From assembly GCA_052168235.1 (NCBI GenBank), contig JBQLZK010000012.1, positions 108,138 to 127,511 of the forward strand: DNA of 19,374 nt. The letters run 5' to 3'. This DNA comes from Thainema sp. Its GTDB lineage: Bacteria; Cyanobacteriota; Cyanobacteriia; Phormidesmidales; Phormidesmidaceae. Below are positions 9,566 to 15,191 of the stretch, in pieces (the first letter of the stretch is position 1; every line of letters begins with the position of its first letter). The translations under genes and the position numbers were made by a program. The notes below the pieces were generated by a model, which saw only the letters and a list, made by a program, of their open reading frames with translations, was not told the origin of the DNA and did no database searches.

Positions 9566-9613
9566 TATAGCGGTAGACATGTCCGTGTCCTAACCTAGCT
9601 GACTACAGCTATA
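9566..9613. mobile_element. Short TATAGC...GCTATA-bounded inverted-repeat element, possible MITE remnant
   Basis: tatagcggtagac (9566-9578) versus gactacagctata (9601-9613): 11/13 complementary, TA at both outer ends. From memory this resembles TA-targeting miniature elements of cyanobacteria; not verified. Confidence 0.4.
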
Positions 9614-9633
9614 ACTTACGGGTTATGGCTATA

Positions 9634-11001
9634 TTAATACCGCTCTAGCAGCAGCTTCACTTCGGCTTCTAGGTCGTAGTCTTTCATGGCTTGCCACTCG
9701 GCTTGGCGGACGGCGAGGATGGCTTTGGTGAGTGGTTCGCCCAGAGCCGTTTGTAAAACGGAATCGGCGGCAAAGGCATCAATGGCCTGCTTGAGCGATC
9801 GCGGTAGGGGAGAAATAGAATGCGATCGCAATTCCTGTTCAGATAAGGTACCAGGATCTACCTTGACTGGATCAGGTAAGCGGAGGTCTTGCCGAATGCC
9901 GTCCAATCCCGCAGCGATAATGCCGCCCAGAGCGAGATAAGGATTGGCTGAACCGTCTACGGTTTTGACTTCGATGTGGGTGGGACTGGGTGGAGCGGGG
10001 CTGCTGGGGACGCGAATGGCGGCTTCGCGATTGTCGAATCCCCAGGCTTGAAACGCGCCGCTCCAGAGGTGGGGCTGTAGGCGGCGGTAGGAGTTGGTGC
10101 TGGGTGTGGTTAGTGCCATCAGGCCAGGCAAGTGGGCCAGGATGCCAGCAGTGAAGGATGCTGGGATCTGGGGGAGCGTGAGGGGCGACGGGGCGGATGA
10201 ATTGGGATGAATGAGCAGGTTCTTGTTGTCGCGCCAGAGGCTGAAGTGGAGATGGCAGCCGCTGCCTGCGCTGTCGGCAAAGATTTTGGGGACGAAGGTC
10301 GCGGTTAGGCCATGCTGAGCGGCAACGGTACGCACCGTTTCGCGGAAGACAATGTGCTGATCCGCCGCAGTCAGGGCATCGGTGTAGCGCACTGAGATTT
10401 CCTGCTGACCTGGCCCCGATTCGGGATAGTACTGCTCAATCTCAATATCTTGTGCGACTAGCGCATCTGCGATCGCATCAATCACGGGCTGCTGCATATC
10501 CATCGCCGCAGTGGCTGCGAAGACAGTTGGGTCAGCGGGCGTAATCGTCACAGCATCAGGATCGGACTGAGTTTTTAGCAGGTAGAACTCTGGCTCAAAT
10601 GCAGCTTTAATTTGCAAATTTATTTCCGCCGCTTGGGCAATCATCCGTTTGAGAAACTGGCGAGAGCAAATCGACCAGGGCTGCTGATCCCGCACCATTT
10701 GGCCGATGACGCGGGCATGGCTGGGACAGTAGGGCAAAATTTGCAGCGTTGACCAATCGGGCTGGAGCCACACTTCCCCCACGGGGCCAAGCCCACTATC
10801 GAGCGCCGGAGCGTCGTACATGACCGGGATCGCCTGCTGTGCCACCGATAGACCCACGCCATGCTCACCATAGCGAGGCAGTGCCCCAATATGAATCGCC
10901 TTGCCTCGAATGATGTTGGCGTTGTCGCACCAAATCACCCGCACGAAGCGAACGTTCTGCTCTTCCAGCGTTTCAATCACAGACGGCCATGTGTGGGACA
11001 T
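9634..11001 (-). CDS. Glutamine synthetase-like gamma-glutamyl ligase (FluG/NodGS-like subgroup), probably not the housekeeping GlnA
   Basis: GS-fold motifs VRFVRVIWCD, AAFEPEFYLL, ESGPGQQEI, GSGCHLHFSLW, TNSYRRL, WGFDNREAAIRVP, IEVKTVDGSANPYLA. Lacks the GlnA-type DGSS/ESD segment. SD-like GAGGAG lies 8 nt upstream of the ATG. Confidence 0.88.
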   Translation of the reverse strand: MSHTWPSVIETLEEQNVRFVRVIWCDNANIIRGKAIHIGALPRYGEHGVGLSVAQQAIPVMYDAPALDSGLGPVGEVWLQPDWSTLQILPYCPSHARVIGQMVRDQQPWSICSRQFLKRMIAQAAEINLQIKAAFEPEFYLLKTQSDPDAVTITPADPTVFAATAAMDMQQPVIDAIADALVAQDIEIEQYYPESGPGQQEISVRYTDALTAADQHIVFRETVRTVAAQHGLTATFVPKIFADSAGSGCHLHFSLWRDNKNLLIHPNSSAPSPLTLPQIPASFTAGILAHLPGLMALTTPSTNSYRRLQPHLWSGAFQAWGFDNREAAIRVPSSPAPPSPTHIEVKTVDGSANPYLALGGIIAAGLDGIRQDLRLPDPVKVDPGTLSEQELRSHSISPLPRSLKQAIDAFAADSVLQTALGEPLTKAILAVRQAEWQAMKDYDLEAEVKLLLERY

Positions 11002-11009
11002 CCTGCTTA

Positions 11010-11029
11010 CTCCTCACTCCTCACGCTTT
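11010..11029 (-). repeat. Left copy of a 20-bp inverted repeat (GTGAGGA heptamers), overlapping the RBS of the GS-like gene
   Basis: Minus strand reads aaagcgtgaggagtgaggag, 18/20 identical to 12040-12059 on the plus strand. Confidence 0.7.
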
Positions 11030-11106
11030 AGCCCGATACCAGTGGCTCATCTCTCGTTTAGCATATCCATGTAGTCTAGAGTTATTCAGACGACTCAAAA
11101 TTTACG

Positions 11107-12027
11107 ATGGATATTACCGCAGCTCTGCCGACGTTTGTGATTACTCTGCGCGAGGGGGTTGAAGCCGCCCTCGTCGTCGGTATTGTGATGGCTTATCTCA
11201 AGCAGGCTGACCGCACGTCGCTCAACCGTTGGGTGTTTGGCGGCATTGGCGTCGGCCTACTCGTCAGCGTTCTGGTTGGTGTCGGCTTTAATCGGCTGAT
11301 GGCGTGGCTCCAGGCGTCGGATCAGCCCTATGCAACGGTGGTGGAACCGCTGCTAGAAACAACGTTCGGTATAGTTGCGATCGCACTGTTGAGCTGGATG
11401 CTGGTGTGGATGACGCAGCAGGCCAAAGGGCTAAAAGCAGAGGTGCAGGGTGCAGTGGATGAAGCGCTGGAGCAGTCCGGCGGTGCAGGCTGGGCAATTT
11501 TTACGCTGATCCTAATTGCCGTATTGCGGGAAGGCTTTGAAACGGTGGTGTTTATCTCGGCGCAGTTTCAGGATGGCTGGACGCCCGTAGTGGGTGCGAT
11601 CGCAGGTTTGCTGGGTGCAGTTCTGATCGGCATTCTGCTGTTCCGGCTCGGCGTGCGAATCAACCTGAAGCAGTTTTTTCAGGGCATGGGTGTATTGCTG
11701 CTGCTGATCGTGGCGGGTTTAGTGATTGGGTCGCTGCACCATCTGGATGAAACCGTTTTGGCACTGGCCCAAATTGCCCCGGATCGCGTGCCCTTTTGCA
11801 GCCCAGGTCATGAATCCTGTCTGCTCGGTATTCAGCTTTGGGATTTGTCGGGCATCTTGCCGGATCGAACCTTTCCGGGCGTCTTGCTGAAGGCACTCTT
11901 GGGCTATCGCGATCACCTGTATGCCGTGCAGGCCGTGGCCTATTTAGTGTTTCTAACCAGCGTTGGCGGCATGTATCTGCGCAGCCTCTCCGATAACCTG
12001 CCGTCTGAAGCGTCAACAGCGGGATAA
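11107..12027 (+). CDS. FTR1/EfeU family iron permease
   Basis: Two REGxE motifs (LREGVEAALVV, LREGFETVVF), multiple transmembrane segments, and MLVWM, FF...GVLLLLIVAGL and LLGY motifs typical of the family. Confidence 0.95.
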   Translation: MDITAALPTFVITLREGVEAALVVGIVMAYLKQADRTSLNRWVFGGIGVGLLVSVLVGVGFNRLMAWLQASDQPYATVVEPLLETTFGIVAIALLSWMLVWMTQQAKGLKAEVQGAVDEALEQSGGAGWAIFTLILIAVLREGFETVVFISAQFQDGWTPVVGAIAGLLGAVLIGILLFRLGVRINLKQFFQGMGVLLLLIVAGLVIGSLHHLDETVLALAQIAPDRVPFCSPGHESCLLGIQLWDLSGILPDRTFPGVLLKALLGYRDHLYAVQAVAYLVFLTSVGGMYLRSLSDNLPSEASTAG

Positions 12028-12039
12028 GATCGTTGCTGA

Positions 12040-12069
12040 AAAGCGTGAGAAGTGAGGCGAGAGGAGTGA
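12040..12069 (+). repeat. Right copy of the inverted repeat, forming the purine-rich leader and RBS of sipA
   Basis: aaagcgtgagaagtgaggcgagaggagtga immediately before the ATG at 12071; degenerate GTGAGGA heptamers. Confidence 0.7.
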
Positions 12070-12070
12070 T

Positions 12071-12313
12071 ATGTCAGACGAATCCAATCCAAAACAATTC
12101 TCAGTTGGCGATCGCGTGCGGCTTGCGGTGCGTCCACCCTATATCAAAACGGCGGATACGATGCCAATGCTGCGCCCGCCGGATGTGCTACCTGTTGGCG
12201 AAACCGGGATCATTACCGAAGCGCGGCTGGCGGATACCTGGAAGGTGAAGTTTAACCGGGGATCGTTTTTGCTAGACGCGAAATATATTGAACTGGCTGA
12301 TCAATCGACGTAG
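12071..12313 (+). CDS. sipA: Regulatory protein SipA (NblS/Hik33-interacting protein, DUF3148)
   Basis: 80 aa, FSVGDRVRL..RPPYIKTADTMPMLRPPD...VGETGII......W.V.F.RGSFLLD..Y, matching the SipA signature (KTADxMPMLRPP). GAGGAG just upstream. Confidence 0.88.
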   Translation: MSDESNPKQFSVGDRVRLAVRPPYIKTADTMPMLRPPDVLPVGETGIITEARLADTWKVKFNRGSFLLDAKYIELADQST

Positions 12314-12330
12314 ACGTCAGCCAGTTCGAT
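12287..12330. terminator. Stem-loop overlapping the sipA stop codon, between convergent genes
   Basis: attgaactggctga (12287-12300) pairs with tcagccagttcgat (12317-12330): 14-bp stem with one G-U on the + strand. The 16-nt loop contains the TAG. No U-tract. Confidence 0.45.
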
Positions 12331-12349
12331 GAACGATGAAGAGTAGACA

Positions 12350-13633
12350 CTAGTGCTGCAAACTGTTGAGGACGGCTTCTGGCCCCAGTAGGGAGATATA
12401 AGGCTGCTGGAAATAGCGACAGGCAACCTGCTGGGCGTCTTCGATACTGATATCTGAGATCGCAGTTTGAAAGGTCTGGTCAAATTCCAGTCCTAAGCCC
12501 AGGGTTTCATACCAGCCGTAAACTTGGGCAATTTGAGAATTGGTTTGCTTACCCAACGCATACTGACCCAGCAGCTTGTTCTTAGCCGCCTGTAGCGCCT
12601 CGGCTTCCAGCGGAGTCGTGCACAATTGCTCTAGCTCTGATCGCAAACCCGCTAAGGCAACCGCTGTATTTTGTGGAGCTGTACCCATGTAGGCCACAAA
12701 ATGGGACGTATCGAGCCGCGTAGGATAGAAGGCCGACACTTCGTAGGCTAAACCCTGCTTTTCCCGCAGTTCTGTGAATAGCCGACTCGATAGGCCGTTG
12801 CCCAAATAGGTATTGAGCAGCTTCAATACAACGTAGTCTTCGTTATGTACGGATGTCGCTGGATATCCCACCATAATGATTGACTGCTGGGTTTCCTGAG
12901 CCTGCAAAATTAGGGTCGGCTCATCTGGCACATTCGGTAGTGCAGGCAGAACTGGACGGTCAGGGCATGGGGTGGTGGGTTGCCAATCGCCAAACGCCTG
13001 TTCAATCGATGCGATCGCATCTTCAATCCCAATTCGACCCACCAGGCTGAAGATCATGTTGTCGGGGCGGAAATAGGTTTGATGGTAGTGCTGGAGCAGA
13101 TCCCGGTCGAACTGCGTGATCGTTTCCTCCGTGCCCAATCCCGACAAGGCATAGGGGTGATCCCCATAGAGCGCCTGCCGCAGGTTTTGGTAGGCCATCG
13201 CAAACGGCTGCTCGTGCATTGAACGCAAACTTTGTAGCGTTAGCCGCTTTTCTAGCTCCACCTCGTGCTCTGGAAACGTGGGAGTTCGCAGCAACTGCGC
13301 CACTAAATCCAAAATATCGGGATAGTCGGCAGAAACGGTCTTAAAGCTGATCAGGCTATAGTCGGAAGCCGTATCGGCTCCTAAACTGGCTCCAATGGAC
13401 TCAACCCGCTCAGCAATGTCCATTGACGAAAGCTGTTCGGTGCCCTTGGTCAAAACTGAGGCGATTAGGTTAAACACGCCAGCATGGTGGCGGGGTTCAT
13501 AGCTGCTGCCTACCCGTAGAAACAGGCGTCCAGCAATGATATCGGCGGTTGGATTCTCAAAGACAATCACAACCATGCCGTTTTTTAGAACCGTTCGATG
13601 GATTGTTTGCTCTTGAAAAGTTAGTGTCACCAA
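12350..13633 (-). CDS. M16B (pitrilysin-like) peptidase, non-catalytic subunit
   Basis: M16 fold motifs LKNG, HPY...G, YFRPDNM, GLSSRLFTELREKQGLAYEV. HxxEH is replaced by GVFNLIASVL. Start is TTG 13633 or GTG 13630. Confidence 0.92.
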   Translation of the reverse strand: MVTLTFQEQTIHRTVLKNGMVVIVFENPTADIIAGRLFLRVGSSYEPRHHAGVFNLIASVLTKGTEQLSSMDIAERVESIGASLGADTASDYSLISFKTVSADYPDILDLVAQLLRTPTFPEHEVELEKRLTLQSLRSMHEQPFAMAYQNLRQALYGDHPYALSGLGTEETITQFDRDLLQHYHQTYFRPDNMIFSLVGRIGIEDAIASIEQAFGDWQPTTPCPDRPVLPALPNVPDEPTLILQAQETQQSIIMVGYPATSVHNEDYVVLKLLNTYLGNGLSSRLFTELREKQGLAYEVSAFYPTRLDTSHFVAYMGTAPQNTAVALAGLRSELEQLCTTPLEAEALQAAKNKLLGQYALGKQTNSQIAQVYGWYETLGLGLEFDQTFQTAISDISIEDAQQVACRYFQQPYISLLGPEAVLNSLQH

Positions 13634-13970
13634 TGAATTCTCAAAAATTTTAATTAACAGTACAAAAAGGTGTCCCTCAGCGGTATCCCGTTCGACGTTA
13701 GCATTTCTGGGACATTTTCATCATCTCAAAATCTTGTTGCTGGTGAGGTTGCTAATGCGATCGCGATTTGCAGTGGAGACTTTAAACAGTGTTCCCAATA
13801 GATTCTGTTCGATGATCTGGGGGATCGAATGCTGGAGATTGCGATCGCAGATTACTAGATGGTGCAATATGCGATCGGACTCGTTAGTTTACATTAGCTT
13901 CACATAATCAGGCACATGGCCTCGCAATCGCTGAATGGACTTGGTCAACTCAGACTGGAAATATATTGCC

Positions 13971-14124
13971 TACATAAAACTTTACGGGTATTTACGGGTA
14001 TCTTTGTGAGATTTATGTAAATTCACAGAGATGCTAAAAGCTGAAATTACTAAATCCGGATAAATTTACCGTAAAGCTACAGAATTTTGCATTGCTGCCA
14101 CAATTGTTCGATGTAAACATTGTG
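13971..14124. promoter_or_regulatory. Cluster of direct and inverted repeats upstream of the PEP-CTERM gene
   Basis: tttacgggta x2 (13981-14000); tacataaa (13971-13978) / tttatgta (14012-14019); tctttgtga...tcacagaga (14001-14031); cgta-aagc-taca (14070-14081); cacaat...attgtg (14099-14124). Confidence 0.5.
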
Positions 14125-14229
14125 ACGGAATAATAAAGAACACAGATCTTCAACACGCCTCTGTTGACTATCGGCAGAAGAGTAGTTTCTCGTCAGTTTT
14201 TGCACAGTCACATTAAACTACCTAAAAAT

Positions 14230-15042
14230 ATGACTTCTCTATTTAGTTCCCCTCGCATCAAAGCGGCAGCCGCTGGAGCACTAGCACTAACCGCGCTCGG
14301 TGCCCTCATTCCCGAAGACGCTCAAGCTAGAAGAGGGCGTGGTTTTCAGACTTCAAATGGAAATAGTTTTTTTACGATATTTGAATTTGATGACACGTTG
14401 AGCGATCAAGAGTTGGATGATTTGGTGATTTTTAACGTTGATCAGTTTACCGACCAAGAATTAGAAGATTTGAGAACAGAACTTTTAAACGGTGGCCTAT
14501 CTCTTGATCAAATCCTCGCTGATTTAGTTCAGTCGCCTTCAGGTAGCTTCCGTGGGTTAGCTGGCGATAGTGGCTCAGATGGAGATATAGCAGTCAGCTC
14601 TGCTGGAAATGTCTTTGACGATCCAGATCCGGGAGAGCAAACTTTAACAGTTAATGGAGAATCAATCTCTCAGTTCTTTGAGTACACAGTTGAATTCTCG
14701 GAAGGTTTTACGTTTACGCTGTATGCACCAGATTTTTCTAGTGATAGCATCGGTTTAAGCGATGTTGAAAACGCACCAATTCCCTATCTAATTTCGTTTT
14801 TGGATTTGCTTCCAAACGAAAACAATTTTATCCCTGGTGAACTAACGGGTACGTTAGATTCCATTGATTTTGATGAGAAAGATTTCGGTAATGGAACTAA
14901 ATTTGGTGTAGCAGGTCTAAGTGCTCCCTTTAATTTAGTTGAGGTTAATGACATACCTGAACCTGCATCAATCATAGGGTTACTAGCTGTAGGTGGTTTA
15001 GGCGCAGGTTCTCTAGTTCGCCGCAAATCTCAACATAACTAA
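14230..15042 (+). CDS. PEP-CTERM sorting-domain protein (cyanobacterial type)
   Basis: Likely start ATG 14230 (the ORF track begins at TTG 14164). Sec-type signal peptide (RIKAAAAGALALTALGALIPEDAQA), acidic body, C-terminal IPEPASIIGLLAVGGLGAGSLVRRK (PEP, TM helix, basic tail). Confidence 0.92.
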   Translation: MTSLFSSPRIKAAAAGALALTALGALIPEDAQARRGRGFQTSNGNSFFTIFEFDDTLSDQELDDLVIFNVDQFTDQELEDLRTELLNGGLSLDQILADLVQSPSGSFRGLAGDSGSDGDIAVSSAGNVFDDPDPGEQTLTVNGESISQFFEYTVEFSEGFTFTLYAPDFSSDSIGLSDVENAPIPYLISFLDLLPNENNFIPGELTGTLDSIDFDEKDFGNGTKFGVAGLSAPFNLVEVNDIPEPASIIGLLAVGGLGAGSLVRRKSQHN

Positions 15043-15068
15043 ATCTATCGTTACTCAAATTGATGTTT

Positions 15069-15101
15069 TAGCCAGTTAGATACGCACTAGCTGGCTATTT
15101 T
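15069..15101 (+). terminator. Probable intrinsic terminator after the PEP-CTERM gene
   Basis: tagccagttag (15069-15079) / ctagctggcta (15087-15097): 11-bp stem with one G-U, followed by tttt. Confidence 0.7.
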
Positions 15102-15191
15102 AGTTTCTGTAAATAAAGTGATTGAGTCATAACCGGATCTCGATAGCATAAAAGAAATTTAGCGGCTCAAATAGTGGGGCAATCATAGAAT

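Noticed and set aside
4011..9580. Many minus-strand and off-frame ORFs within the giant gene (e.g. 8483..8971, 6902..7189)
   Set aside because: Mirror frames caused by codon bias and repeats of the real gene.
9634..11001. Calling this gene glnA
   Set aside because: Lacks GlnA-specific ammonium-site motifs; better described as a GS-like ligase.
14005..14027. TGTGA...TCACA as a CRP site, and nearby GTA...TAC dyads as NtcA sites
   Set aside because: The spacer is 13 nt rather than 6, and the GTA-TAC spacings are N2 or N4 rather than N8.
14323..14345. Twin-arginine (Tat) signal in the PEP-CTERM protein
   Set aside because: The RR lies after the hydrophobic region and the AQA cleavage site, not before it.
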